A stretch of 64,000 bases of DNA from Bacillota bacterium (GCA_012518595.1 JAAYRV010000004.1:52304-116303); one strand, 5' to 3'; positions 26,946-37,469 are shown, counted from the first letter of the stretch. Notes: generated by a model from the letters alone, not told the origin. Numbers and translations: made by a program.

Positions 26946-29189
26946 GTGTACGCTGAAGTGGTAGTGGACATCCCTTCAGAAAGCGCAAAAGGCCTATTCC
27001 ATTATAGCATCCCTGCCGACCTGCAAGGTCAAGTCAAAGTAGGTAGCGCGGTGTTAGTCCCTTTCGGCCCGAGAGAGATAACCGGATACGTAGTGGGCTT
27101 CACGGAGACTCCTGATGTAGCCCATGTTAAGGACATCCGTGCGCTTCGAGGAGATACCGCGCTGTCAGATCAGATGATGGCCCTTGCAACATGGATCAAA
27201 GAGTACTACACATGCTCATTGGGTGAAGCTATTGCCCAAATGTTTCCGGCTTCAGTCCGAAGAGGCAGGGCACGAGTTAAGACTGAATCACTGGTAGAGC
27301 TTGCCATATCCCAGGACGAAGCCAAGACCTTGATTGCGTCCATGGAAAGGAGGGCGCCTCGTCAATCGCAAGCCCTGAAGATAATTCTTGAGAAAGGCCC
27401 GGTAATGCCAAGGAGGCGTCTCAATAAGGCGCCCGGTTCAACTCCAGGGGCAGTCCGTGCTCTTATTCAAAAAGGAATCCTAAATGAGATGCAAAGAGAA
27501 GTCCTAAGAAGTCCCATCAAAAAAATACCAAGAACTCGAAGGCCTGTACCTGTATTGACTCCTGAGCAAGAAACGGCAGTTACGACTATTGTCGACAGTC
27601 TGGATCAGGCATGGCCTAAGCCTTTTTTGCTACACGGCGTAACCGCAAGCGGAAAGACAGAAGTATATATGCGCGTTATTGAAGCCGTTCTTGCCAGGGG
27701 TAAGTCTGCAATAGTCCTTGTGCCTGAAATATCCCTCACCCCTCAGATGACCCGAGAATTTTGCGAAAGATTCGGACGGGACGTAGCTGTTCTCCATAGC
27801 AAATTGTCTCCGGGGGAACGTTATGATGAATGGCGGAGGGCGGAAAGAGGCGACGCTAAGATAGTAGTAGGCGCCCGTTCAGCGGTTTTTGCGCCTGTCA
27901 GAGATTTGGGGCTTATTGTTGTTGATGAGGAACATGAGAATTCTTATAAGCAAGAAGAGTCTCCCAGGTACCATGCGCGGGATGTGGCATGTGAAAGGGC
28001 TAGGATATCAAAGGCCGGGTGTATCCTGGGATCCGCAACTCCGTCAGTGGAATCGTACTATAAAGCCTTGCATGGTGAGTACACACTCCTTCGGCTTCCT
28101 CATAGAGTCGGGATGTGGGAAATGCCCACGGTTGAAGTGATAGATATGCGGGAAGAACTGACCAAAGGGAATAGAAGTATGTTTTCCCGTTCGCTTTCTG
28201 AGGCTATTTCCGATAGATTAGCCAGAGGCGAGCAGATGATATTGTTCCTGAATAGGCGCGGTTACTCAACATTCGTATTGTGCAGGGAATGCGGCCATTC
28301 CATGAGATGCCCTGAATGTGACGTGGCTCTTACATACCATGCTGCCGGCAGCAACATAAGGTGTCATTACTGTGATTACGAAGAACCCGTCCCTTCAGTC
28401 TGTCCTAACTGCGGAGGCCGTTATATCAGATACTTCGGAGCAGGCACACAGAAAATTGAAGGGGCAGTCAATAAACTATTCCCTCATGCCCGTACTGTCC
28501 GCATGGACACAGATACGACGCGTCGGAAAGGCGCTCACGAAATAATCGTTAATAAATTCCAAAGAGGAGATTATGACATCCTTATAGGCACCCAAATGGT
28601 AGCAAAAGGACTTGATTTCCCCAACGTAACCCTGGTTGGAGTAATAAGCGCTGATACGTGTCTCAATCTCCCGGACTACAAGGCAGGGGAGCGGACATTT
28701 CAACTGCTTACACAAGTTGCAGGCAGGGCAGGTAGAGGAGAAAAAGGCGGCCATGTAATAGTGCAGACTTACTCACCGGAGCATTACGCAATTGAGCTTG
28801 GTAAGGCCCATGACTACGGGGGTTTCTACAAGGAAGAGGTCGCTTGTCGCGGTGAAGGTTTATATCCGCCTTTCTCCCGGCTTATACTGGTTGTTGTCAG
28901 CGGAAAGAGTCTTCCCGTCGTGGAAAGATACTCTACTGCTCTGGTCCGTACACTCAGACGACAAATTGGGTCATTAAGACAATGGAAGAGCATTAAAATC
29001 CTAGGTCCTGCGCCTTGTGCTTTGGCAAGAGTAAAAGGAATGCACAGATGGCAGATACTACTCAAGGCAGACCCCAGGATGAAACCTTGTGACCATAACA
29101 AGCTCATTTCGGACATGCTAAAAGCCTGTCCTTCTCCGTCTTATGATATAATGGTGCAAGTAGATGTTGACCCCGAGAGTATGCTTTGA
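26946..29189 (+). CDS. priA: Primosomal protein N' (replication restart helicase PriA)
   Basis: N-terminus 'AEVVVDIP', Walker A 'GVTASGKTEVY', DEEH box 'VVDEEHE', and the Cys-rich zinc-binding region 'CRECGHSMRCPECD...CHYCDY...CPNCG'. GTG start after GGGGAGG. Confidence 0.9.
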   Translation: MYAEVVVDIPSESAKGLFHYSIPADLQGQVKVGSAVLVPFGPREITGYVVGFTETPDVAHVKDIRALRGDTALSDQMMALATWIKEYYTCSLGEAIAQMFPASVRRGRARVKTESLVELAISQDEAKTLIASMERRAPRQSQALKIILEKGPVMPRRRLNKAPGSTPGAVRALIQKGILNEMQREVLRSPIKKIPRTRRPVPVLTPEQETAVTTIVDSLDQAWPKPFLLHGVTASGKTEVYMRVIEAVLARGKSAIVLVPEISLTPQMTREFCERFGRDVAVLHSKLSPGERYDEWRRAERGDAKIVVGARSAVFAPVRDLGLIVVDEEHENSYKQEESPRYHARDVACERARISKAGCILGSATPSVESYYKALHGEYTLLRLPHRVGMWEMPTVEVIDMREELTKGNRSMFSRSLSEAISDRLARGEQMILFLNRRGYSTFVLCRECGHSMRCPECDVALTYHAAGSNIRCHYCDYEEPVPSVCPNCGGRYIRYFGAGTQKIEGAVNKLFPHARTVRMDTDTTRRKGAHEIIVNKFQRGDYDILIGTQMVAKGLDFPNVTLVGVISADTCLNLPDYKAGERTFQLLTQVAGRAGRGEKGGHVIVQTYSPEHYAIELGKAHDYGGFYKEEVACRGEGLYPPFSRLILVVVSGKSLPVVERYSTALVRTLRRQIGSLRQWKSIKILGPAPCALARVKGMHRWQILLKADPRMKPCDHNKLISDMLKACPSPSYDIMVQVDVDPESML

Positions 29190-29212
29190 TATTTGATAAG
29201 GGAGGCGGCATT

Positions 29213-29686
29213 TTGATCCTGAAAGTCAGAAAGCATGGCGACCCCGTCCTAAGAATGCGGGCGCTACCTGTTAAAGAGATTACAAAAGAAATGCTAACCC
29301 TTGCCGGAAATATGCTGGAGACTATGTACGCAGTTGATGGCGTAGGACTTGCAGCTAATCAAGTGGGGATCCCGGTACAGCTTGTTGTGATTGACATAGG
29401 AGAAGGCCCTATGACACTGTTTAACCCTCGCATAGTTAAGCACAACGGCGAGGAGACGTCAGGTAGGGAAGGATGCCTGTCAGTACCCGGACTTACCGGG
29501 GAAGTAACAAGGTGGGACAAGATAGTCGTCGAGAAGTTGGCTGAAAATGGCTCCGCTTCTGAGAGGCTGGAAGCGGAAGGCCTTCTTGCAAGAGCATTAC
29601 AACATGAAATCGATCATCTTGACGGTATCCTTTTTATTGACAAAGCCACAGATATCATGGAAGAACAGGCGGAAAACGAGGTATGA
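29213..29686 (+). CDS. def: Peptide deformylase
   Basis: 'GVGLAANQVG', 'EGCLSVPG' and 'QHEIDHLDG' motifs. TTG start 7 nt after GGAGG. Confidence 0.88.
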   Translation: MILKVRKHGDPVLRMRALPVKEITKEMLTLAGNMLETMYAVDGVGLAANQVGIPVQLVVIDIGEGPMTLFNPRIVKHNGEETSGREGCLSVPGLTGEVTRWDKIVVEKLAENGSASERLEAEGLLARALQHEIDHLDGILFIDKATDIMEEQAENEV

Positions 29687-30633
29687 AGACAGTCTTCATG
29701 GGGAGTCCGGGATTTGCTGTGCCTCATTTAGAAGCCCTCCTCGCTTCAGGGTATCATGTGCCTTGTGTTTTTACCCAACCGGACCGTCCAAGATCAAGAG
29801 GCAGGCGGTATCTTCCTACGCCGGTCAAGGCATTGGCAGAAGAGCGCAACATTCCGGTTTACACGCCTCGAACCCTAAGGGGTCAGGAAGTTATTGACAT
29901 ATTAAAACAAGCTAAACCTGACGTAATCGTAGTTGTCGCCTATGGATTACTTGTTCCCAAGGAGGTTTTGGGCATTCCGCCTAAAGGATGTATTAATGTT
30001 CATGCATCTTTGCTACCTAAGTATCGAGGGGCTGCCCCTATTGAACGCGCAATCATGGCCGGGGAAAAAGAAACCGGCGTAACCACAATGTATATGGCAG
30101 AAGGCTGGGATACCGGGGACATTATTTTGCAGGAAAATGTGGAAATTCCGGGAGACATGACCTGTGGTGAATTAAGTTGTGAGCTGTCGGCAAGAGGCGC
30201 CGAATTGCTGGTTCAGACATTGCAACTCATCGAGTCAGGCGTTGCTCCAAGAATGTCGCAGAATGAAAAGTTGGCTACATATGCCCCTAAGTTGGGACGT
30301 GATGAGTTTCAAATAGATTGGGCAAAACCTGCCTTAGCCATACATAACTTGGTCAGGGCGGGCAATCCGCGCCCGGGCGCGTTCACTTATCTACAAGGAA
30401 AAAGATTCAAAGTGTTTCAAGGTAAGGTCTTGCCGGCTGAAAATGAAGGTCTTCATACCGACCCGGCACTACCCGGTGAAATATGCCGGTCGAGTCCGGA
30501 AGGTCTCATGGTGGCAACAGGTGAAGGCTTATACCTGATTCAGGAAGTCCAGTGTGAGGGAAGCAGACGTTTGACGATAAGAGATTATCTGTGTGGGAAC
30601 CCTATACATCAAGGTGACGTTCTAGGTAAATAG
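29683..30633 (+). CDS. fmt: Methionyl-tRNA formyltransferase
   Basis: 'NVHASLLPKYRGAAPI' motif. Overlaps the def stop, in the classic def-fmt arrangement. Confidence 0.9.
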   Translation: MKTVFMGSPGFAVPHLEALLASGYHVPCVFTQPDRPRSRGRRYLPTPVKALAEERNIPVYTPRTLRGQEVIDILKQAKPDVIVVVAYGLLVPKEVLGIPPKGCINVHASLLPKYRGAAPIERAIMAGEKETGVTTMYMAEGWDTGDIILQENVEIPGDMTCGELSCELSARGAELLVQTLQLIESGVAPRMSQNEKLATYAPKLGRDEFQIDWAKPALAIHNLVRAGNPRPGAFTYLQGKRFKVFQGKVLPAENEGLHTDPALPGEICRSSPEGLMVATGEGLYLIQEVQCEGSRRLTIRDYLCGNPIHQGDVLGK

Positions 30634-30685
30634 GTTCCATTTTTACGTTATTGGACACGGCTTTTCACAAAGGAGGGATTTGCCG

Positions 30686-31378
30686 ATGTTTTACTATGAC
30701 CCGACATACATCCTGATATTGCCTGCATTTCTATTTGCCATGTGGGCGCAGGCACGGGTGCAAAAGGCATTTAACTCTTACTCAAGAGTGCGGGCAAAGA
30801 GTGGAATTACAGGCGCCGAAGTAGCCCGAGACATACTTGCGAGAAGCGGACTTAGCCATGTGCAAGTCGAGCGGATTCCCGGGATGCTTCAGGATCACTA
30901 CGACCCACGCGTGAAAATCCTCAGGCTATCGCCTCAGGTGTATGCAAGTGATTCATTGGCTGCTCTTGGGGTGGCAGCCCACGAGACAGGTCATGCTATT
31001 CAGCACGATGAAAACTATGTGCCACTGGCCATAAGGTCCAGCCTCGTGCCTGTAGCGTCCTTTGGTTCCAGACTTGCTTTTCCGCTGTTTTTGATAGGGT
31101 TGATTTTTTCTGAAGTCGGTCTGAGCTGGTTAATGACTGTAGGCATCTGGCTTTTCATTGCAGCAGTGGCGTTTTCCGTTATTACGCTTCCGGTTGAATA
31201 TGATGCCTCAAGAAGAGCTTTGGCGTTACTTACACAAGGTGGATATATCACCCAAGACGAGCTTCCACATACTAAGGAAGTCTTAAGCGCAGCAGGCATG
31301 ACATACTTGGCTGCAACTGCGGTAGCGTTGACTCAACTACTTAGATTGCTGATATTGCGGGGAAGCAGACGCGACTAG
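30686..31378 (+). CDS. YugP-like putative zinc metallopeptidase (membrane)
   Basis: HExxH motif 'AAHETGHAIQH' and TM helices. Matches the YugP/COG2738 family. AGGAGGG RBS 8 nt before the ATG. Confidence 0.7.
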   Translation: MFYYDPTYILILPAFLFAMWAQARVQKAFNSYSRVRAKSGITGAEVARDILARSGLSHVQVERIPGMLQDHYDPRVKILRLSPQVYASDSLAALGVAAHETGHAIQHDENYVPLAIRSSLVPVASFGSRLAFPLFLIGLIFSEVGLSWLMTVGIWLFIAAVAFSVITLPVEYDASRRALALLTQGGYITQDELPHTKEVLSAAGMTYLAATAVALTQLLRLLILRGSRRD

Positions 31379-31405
31379 TAGTGGCCGCTCTTAGGAGGCA
31401 TTTTC

Positions 31406-32770
31406 ATGGTTGGTCCGGAAAGTGCGAGAGAAGCTGCGCTCCGGGCGTTAGTGGGAATTGATGAAAAGAATGCTTATGCCCAATCCGCAAGAGACCGAAT
31501 CCTCGACTCATGCGATCTCGACACACGAGATCGCGCGTTTTGTACAGAACTGATTTTTGGAGTTACGAAACATAGAAAGACTATTGACCATATTGTTGAG
31601 ACCTTTTCATCAAGACCTGTCAAGAAGATGGATTCGGTCACAAGAAATGTACTTCGTCTAGGCGTATATCAGCTCTTCTATTTAGATCAGATTCCAAGAC
31701 ATGCAGCAGTATACGAGTGTGTCGCCTTAGCCAAGAAGCATGCGCACATTGGAAGTTCAAGGTTTATCAACGCAGTTCTCAGGTCCGTCCTAAGAAAGCC
31801 TGACGCAGTAAAGTTTCCGGATCCGGATTGTGATCCGGTCTCATACATATCATTGAAGTATTCCCATCCCGAATGGTTGGTGTCCGGATGGATCAGAAGA
31901 TTCGGTCGGGAAGAAACTGCAAAGCTTTGTGAAGCCAACAACGAAAAAGCCCCGATGACTATTAGAACTAATACTTTGAAGATTACAAGGGACGCGCTCA
32001 TTCAAAAATTAAATCATGCAGGTTTTGACGTCATTTCGTCTCATCTGGTTGATGAAGGGATAGAGTTTCAAAACGCCGGAGACCTGTTCAGCCACGAGTT
32101 ATACGCAAACGGCATGTTCTTTGCCCAGGACATAGCGTCCATGTTGGTAAGTCACGTGCTTTCGCCTGAACCGAATGAACGCGTACTGGATTTGGCAGCA
32201 GCTCCAGGCGGCAAGACTACTCACATAGCGCAACTCATGGGAGATGCAGGCCAAATTGTCGCATGCGACGTCAACAAGCATAGATTAGATTTGATTAGAG
32301 ATAACCTAGAACGATTGGGAATCTCCTCAGTTAAGCTCATACTTAGTGACAGTCGCCGGTTACCTGACGATATCAAAGCGATAGAGTTTGACAAAGTCCT
32401 TCTGGATGCGCCGTGCTCAGGAACAGGCGTTCTAAGGCGACGAGCGGATCTCAGATGGCAGAGGCGGGAAGAGGATCTGAAACACCTGGTAACACTTGAA
32501 AGGGAGCTGTTGGAAGCTGCAGCGTGTCAAGTGAAACCAGGTGGCGGGGTTTTAGTCTACAGCACCTGCAGTATTGAGCCGGAGGAAAACTCAGAATTGA
32601 TATCTGATTTCCTCTCGAAACACCCTGAATTCTCCGAAGACCATGTCCGGCCCTATCTTCCTGAGGGATTTAGAATAGCCTTTCGAGAACAAGGCAATCC
32701 TTATGTGAACACTTATCCTCATATCCACAGAATTGACGGCTTCTTCATAGCTCGCCTGAAACGTGACTGA
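31406..32770 (+). CDS. rsmB: 16S rRNA (cytosine967-C5)-methyltransferase RsmB (Sun)
   Basis: NusB-like N-terminus. SAM motif 'DLAAAPGGKT' and catalytic 'DAPCSGTG' and 'YSTCS'. Confidence 0.85.
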   Translation: MVGPESAREAALRALVGIDEKNAYAQSARDRILDSCDLDTRDRAFCTELIFGVTKHRKTIDHIVETFSSRPVKKMDSVTRNVLRLGVYQLFYLDQIPRHAAVYECVALAKKHAHIGSSRFINAVLRSVLRKPDAVKFPDPDCDPVSYISLKYSHPEWLVSGWIRRFGREETAKLCEANNEKAPMTIRTNTLKITRDALIQKLNHAGFDVISSHLVDEGIEFQNAGDLFSHELYANGMFFAQDIASMLVSHVLSPEPNERVLDLAAAPGGKTTHIAQLMGDAGQIVACDVNKHRLDLIRDNLERLGISSVKLILSDSRRLPDDIKAIEFDKVLLDAPCSGTGVLRRRADLRWQRREEDLKHLVTLERELLEAAACQVKPGGGVLVYSTCSIEPEENSELISDFLSKHPEFSEDHVRPYLPEGFRIAFREQGNPYVNTYPHIHRIDGFFIARLKRD

Positions 32771-32967
32771 CCTTCAGCGCCAAAAGTCTCCGGGCCATTT
32801 GAGAAGACTTTATCATTTCATTACAGTTTAGCCCACCCTTGTCTTAGCTTACAACCGACAACATCTTGTGAAAAGTTTGAACGGCATAAAAACAGCAATT
32901 GCGGGCAGGGTACTGTCGGAACTTACGACTCATGACATGAGCTGAGGAGGCGCGAGTAGCAGCCTCC

Positions 32968-34383
32968 TTGATACTGTATAGGAACGTTATTACTCATGTT
33001 GATTCATGTCGTGATGGGGGTAGACGAGGTTTGGCGCGGCATCAATCACCGGACAAGACGAAACGCAGTTTCGGAATTCAGCTTACCTGGAAACTCATAG
33101 TATTTGCACTGGTATGTCTTGCTGCTTATTCCCTCACTGTAGGCGGAATACCCAGCAAGATTACGCTTATCGAAGGGAATACCAGGGAGGTTCAATTAGG
33201 CCGGCCTCTTGACCTACGTCGAACCACCTCAGGCTTGGAGCTTCTCCCCTTTGACGGCGGAGTTGAGTTAATTCCCCTTAGTCAAGGTGAAAGCAGACTC
33301 GAGGTGCGTCTCTGGGACCTGATTCCTATAAAACGAATGATTATCAATGTAGTTCCCGATATCCGAGTGCTTCCCGGGGGACAGTCAATAGGCGTTCTAC
33401 TGCCTTCCAGAGGCGTCGTGGTAATAGGACATTACCCTATAGTCGGGTCTGACGGTCGCTCCTACTATCCGGCGCGTGAAGCCGGAATTCAGGCAGGAGA
33501 TATTATTCTCAGAATCAATGGACAGCCTATCAACAGCAAATCACAGATAGAAAGTGCCATAGATAATATAGGTCGAAGCGGCGGGCAGGCCGAAGTCACC
33601 GTTTCGCGTAATTCCAGGAAAATTACGGTTAGGCTGAAGCCGGTTGCCGTCTATGATGAAAGACTGTCTGATGAACCCGGCATGCCTCATGATGAAAGGG
33701 AAACCCACTACAAATTGGGTATATGGGTGCGAGAAAATGCAGCCGGCGTCGGCACTCTGTCTTTCTACCATCCTAATTCCGGCGTTTACTGCGCACTGGG
33801 GCATGTAATCACAGATACATCCACCAATAAGGACATGGATGTGGCCAGCGGTATGATAGTTTCAGCTCAAATCCTCGGTATACACCAAGGGAGCCGCGGC
33901 CAGCCCGGAGAGAAGATCGGTACGTTCAGCGGAGAAACAGACATAATCGGAACAATAGATCGTAATACAAAATTCGGCATCTTCGGTAAGCTTACTGCGA
34001 AACCCATCAATCCCTATTTTACGGAACCGATTCCGGTAGCTCTGTCAGACGAAGTTGTGCCCGGGCCCGCCTATCTCTACACAGTCTTGGAAGAGGACAG
34101 AATAGAGCAGTTTCATGTGGAAATCCAGCGCGTGGCACGTCAAACCAGTCCTCAAATCAAAGGGCTGGTGATTCGTGTTACGGATCCACGCCTGTTGTCA
34201 GTGACCGGCGGCATAGTACAGGGCATGTCAGGCAGCCCCATCATCCAAAATAACAAGCTGGCAGGCGTATTGACCCATGTCTTTGTTTCGGATCAAACAA
34301 GAGGATACGGTGTCCTTGCCGAATGGTTGGTGCAAGATGCAAATTTTCGTCGCAATTATCACGATAGCCTCATTATACAATAG
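32968..34383 (+). CDS. spoIVB: Stage IV sporulation protein B (SpoIVB S55 signalling peptidase); start codon uncertain
   Basis: TM/signal segment, PDZ domain 'GDIILRINGQPINS', and an S55 catalytic region. It lies directly upstream of spo0A, as in Bacillus and Clostridia. Confidence 0.8.
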   Translation: MILYRNVITHVDSCRDGGRRGLARHQSPDKTKRSFGIQLTWKLIVFALVCLAAYSLTVGGIPSKITLIEGNTREVQLGRPLDLRRTTSGLELLPFDGGVELIPLSQGESRLEVRLWDLIPIKRMIINVVPDIRVLPGGQSIGVLLPSRGVVVIGHYPIVGSDGRSYYPAREAGIQAGDIILRINGQPINSKSQIESAIDNIGRSGGQAEVTVSRNSRKITVRLKPVAVYDERLSDEPGMPHDERETHYKLGIWVRENAAGVGTLSFYHPNSGVYCALGHVITDTSTNKDMDVASGMIVSAQILGIHQGSRGQPGEKIGTFSGETDIIGTIDRNTKFGIFGKLTAKPINPYFTEPIPVALSDEVVPGPAYLYTVLEEDRIEQFHVEIQRVARQTSPQIKGLVIRVTDPRLLSVTGGIVQGMSGSPIIQNNKLAGVLTHVFVSDQTRGYGVLAEWLVQDANFRRNYHDSLIIQ

Positions 34384-34425
34384 TTTATAATAAGTTTACG
34401 ACAATTATGTACTTTTCGGCAATTA

Positions 34426-34456
34426 GGGAGGACTTCACCACAAGATGGCGAATTTA
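34426..34456 (+). promoter_or_regulatory. Putative sigma-H type promoter for spo0A, with Spo0A-box-like elements upstream
   Basis: AGGA at 34429-34432, 17 nt, then GAAT at 34450-34453 within 'gcGAATtta'. TGNCGAA-like 0A boxes on the - strand at 34395-34404 (TGTCGTA) and 34413-34422 (TGCCGAA). Confidence 0.3.
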
Positions 34457-34516
34457 TACGGCGTCAGGGATGTCGGTGAGCTCTCTGACTTAAGGAGCAT
34501 TGATTGGGGTGGTATC

Positions 34517-35296
34517 ATGGGACAAGGCACGACACGTGTTCTGATAGTGGATGATAACCATGATTTGTGTGATGTCTTAATGCGATTCCTTAATTCACAG
34601 TCCGACATGTCAGTCGTTGGGGTGGCATATGACGGCATTGAGGCTCTCGGGAAGATATCAGATCTGGAACCTGATGTTGTAGTCCTTGACATTATCATGC
34701 CTCATTTAGACGGTGTAGGAGTGCTGGAGCGCCTTTCTGAACAGCACCTTAACCAACGACCCAGATTCGTGATCCTCACTGCGCTGGGCCAGGAGCGAAT
34801 AATACAGCAACTTACTGAAATGGGAGCTGACTACTACGTTGTAAAACCATTTGATATGCAAACACTGGTAGATAGGATACGCCAGGTGATGTCATCTCCG
34901 CAAATAATCAAGGGAAAGCAGATAGATTATTCGCCTCCCCCGAGAGACCTTCATTCTGAAGTGACAAGGCTTATTCACGACATGGGAATTCCAGCGAATA
35001 TCAGGGGGTACACGTATCTCAGAGAAGCAATAATCTTGGTAATAGGTGAACCTACGCTCTTAAACAGTGTCACAAAGGAGCTATATCCGCGTGTGGCTGA
35101 AACATTTGATACGACCGCAGCAAGAGTCGAACGGGCTATCAGACACGCCATAGAAATTGCTTGGACCAGAGGAAACATTGAGCTCCTAAACGGTTTATTT
35201 GGCTACACGGTCAGCAGTGAGAAGGGGAAACCGACAAACTCCGCCTTCATTGCAAGGATTGCAGACAAGATTCGCCTTGATATCAGAGCAAGCTAG
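34517..35296 (+). CDS. spo0A: Sporulation master regulator Spo0A
   Basis: Receiver domain 'RVLIVDDNHDLC' with the phospho-acceptor Asp in 'VVVLDIIMPHLDG'. The C-terminal Spo0A DNA-binding domain 'GIPANIRGYTYLREAI' matches the Spo0A-specific helix. GGGGTGG RBS before ATG 34517. Confidence 0.9.
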   Translation: MGQGTTRVLIVDDNHDLCDVLMRFLNSQSDMSVVGVAYDGIEALGKISDLEPDVVVLDIIMPHLDGVGVLERLSEQHLNQRPRFVILTALGQERIIQQLTEMGADYYVVKPFDMQTLVDRIRQVMSSPQIIKGKQIDYSPPPRDLHSEVTRLIHDMGIPANIRGYTYLREAIILVIGEPTLLNSVTKELYPRVAETFDTTAARVERAIRHAIEIAWTRGNIELLNGLFGYTVSSEKGKPTNSAFIARIADKIRLDIRAS

Positions 35297-35457
35297 GTTT
35301 GTGCCGTATAATACTTATAGATGTGCCCTCGGCCGGAGACCGACAGGGACATGCTGCGGAATGATAAAGTGTCAGGTAATACATACTACAAATAAGGAGA
35401 TAACTCGGAGGTAGCAGTGTAGTAAGGGCATCACCAGGGCCTTCAAAGGGTGACTTA

Positions 35458-36582
35458 ATGAAGGTCAAGGGCGTAGCAAGACTGGACAGAAGAACAAAAA
35501 ACCTCCTCTCCCGCATACGTCGAGGAGAAATTGTCATTTTGGATCACGAAGATATCGATGAGGTAGCCTGTGATGCGTTGATACGAATAGGGGTTCGAGG
35601 AGTCGTGAACGTCACTTCTTCCATTACAGGCAAATACTACAATCCCGGTCCGCTTAATCTATGCGATGCCGGGATTTATTTGTTGGATAGCGTAGGGCCA
35701 AACGTAATGGAACAGGTCAAAGATGGGGAGATTATCGAGATTTCCGGCAATACTCTCATGAAGAACGGAAGACCGGTTTGCCGGGGAACAATCGTAAGCA
35801 AAACCAAGGTGCTGGAGAGATTGAAGGAGGCGCGGTCATGCCTGGCTGACCGCGTTGACGCATTTGTCCTCAACACGATAGAACACGCGAAGCAGGAAAG
35901 ATCACTTATCTTAAGAGATACTGATTTTCCGCGTCTTCACACGAAAATTACAAAAAGACATGTCCTTGTTGCAGCAAGGGGACGGGGATACCAGGATGAT
36001 CTCAGGGCAATCATACCTTACATCTTTGAGATGAGGCCTGTTGTCATTGCCGTGGACGGAGCTGCAGATGCGCTCTTACGTTTAGGCATCTTACCGCATA
36101 TCATCGTAGGCGACATGGACAGTGCAAGCGATCGGGCGCTAAAATGTGGTTCTGAGCTTGTAGTCCATGTCTATCCTGACGGGCAATCCCCGGGAAGGGA
36201 GAGATTGAGGAAGCTGGGTCTTGAGGCAGTGGAATGCCGGATCCCGGGTCTCAGTGAAGACTTGGCGCTCTTACTTGCCTACGAAAAAGGCGCTGAACTC
36301 ATTGTGATCATAGGAAGCCATTCTTCAGTCGAAGATTTTCTGGACAAAGGACGCAATGGAATGGCAAGCACTTTTCTGACACGATTGAAAGTAGGGTCAG
36401 TCCTTGTTGACGCTAAGGGAGTAAGTAAGCTCTATAAAGGCAGCGCACACGGTAAGGACATCGCTAAGGTAGCCTTGGCCGGCCTTATTCCGCTCTCCAC
36501 AAGCGTAGCAGCCTCAACGACTATACGGCAGTTCCTGAGGCTTCTTATTATGCAGTTACGACTTTCCACATGGCCTGTTTGA
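35458..36582 (+). CDS. SteA-like protein (thiamine-pyrophosphokinase-like catalytic fold)
   Basis: N-terminus 'MKVKGVARLDRRTKNLLSRIRRGEIVILDHEDID' resembles the SteA family. 374 aa. Followed by an MctB/SteB-like gene. Confidence 0.6.
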   Translation: MKVKGVARLDRRTKNLLSRIRRGEIVILDHEDIDEVACDALIRIGVRGVVNVTSSITGKYYNPGPLNLCDAGIYLLDSVGPNVMEQVKDGEIIEISGNTLMKNGRPVCRGTIVSKTKVLERLKEARSCLADRVDAFVLNTIEHAKQERSLILRDTDFPRLHTKITKRHVLVAARGRGYQDDLRAIIPYIFEMRPVVIAVDGAADALLRLGILPHIIVGDMDSASDRALKCGSELVVHVYPDGQSPGRERLRKLGLEAVECRIPGLSEDLALLLAYEKGAELIVIIGSHSSVEDFLDKGRNGMASTFLTRLKVGSVLVDAKGVSKLYKGSAHGKDIAKVALAGLIPLSTSVAASTTIRQFLRLLIMQLRLSTWPV

Positions 36583-36613
36583 CGGAAAGCGCCATAAGGA
36601 GAACATATACCGG

Positions 36614-37462
36614 ATGATAAGTCTCAGATACCATATTACGTCAACAGTAGCGATATTCTTTGCGTTAGGTCTCGGGATCTTCCTGGGAAGCATCATAGTG
36701 AGAGACGACACCTTAGCAAGACATCAGCAATCACTCATTGACGGAATCGAGTCAGAATTTACCTTGATTCGAAAAGACCGCGAAGCCCTTTACGCAAGGC
36801 TCCTAGACGCCGAATCCTTGCTGGAAGACTCATTTGAGTTCGGAGAAATGGCTCTTACAAAGCTTGTTTGCGGCAAGCTGGACGGCAAACTCATAGCCTT
36901 GGTGGTTCCTGGGAAAGGACTATCCCATGATGAAGCGGCTGCCATAACGGCTGCGCTTCGAGAAGCAGGTGCATCAGTAAGCCGAATAGTCTATGTAACA
37001 AAGAGATTCGAACCCCTCACTTCTGAAGATACCAGGGAACTCGGTGCGCTCTATGAGCTTAGTAAGCCTTCTCCCAATGCGGTAGGAGAAAGACTCGCTA
37101 ATTCCGTCGCGTTGTTGGTCAGTCAAGAGGAAGCTTGCCATTTACCCGCAATTGATTCCCTCCTGCGTTCCGAATATCTTGAAATAGATCTTCTTGAGAC
37201 AGTGACTTCAAGATGCGATGCAGTAATAATAGCCGGAGGCAGCAGAGACCCGGCGCATGCGCCACTTTATACTGACATACCACTTATTAAGGCCTTTCAA
37301 AAACTGGGCATTCCTACTGTTATCGGGGAATCAAGAAATGTTGATTTCTCTTTTGCTTCTGAGTACCGTCGTTTCCGCATCCCCATAATAGAGCAGGTAG
37401 ATACCTTGATGGGACGCTTCTCCTTAATTGAGCAGCTGGCCTGTATCATGGACGGAGACTGA
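36614..37462 (+). CDS. MctB/SteB-like membrane-anchored protein (annotated in databases as 'copper transporter' family)
   Basis: N-terminal TM helix 'VAIFFALGLGIFLGSIIV' followed by a coiled segment and a large extracytoplasmic domain. It is paired with the SteA-like gene. Confidence 0.5.
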   Translation: MISLRYHITSTVAIFFALGLGIFLGSIIVRDDTLARHQQSLIDGIESEFTLIRKDREALYARLLDAESLLEDSFEFGEMALTKLVCGKLDGKLIALVVPGKGLSHDEAAAITAALREAGASVSRIVYVTKRFEPLTSEDTRELGALYELSKPSPNAVGERLANSVALLVSQEEACHLPAIDSLLRSEYLEIDLLETVTSRCDAVIIAGGSRDPAHAPLYTDIPLIKAFQKLGIPTVIGESRNVDFSFASEYRRFRIPIIEQVDTLMGRFSLIEQLACIMDGD

Positions 37463-37469
37463 AACGTTT

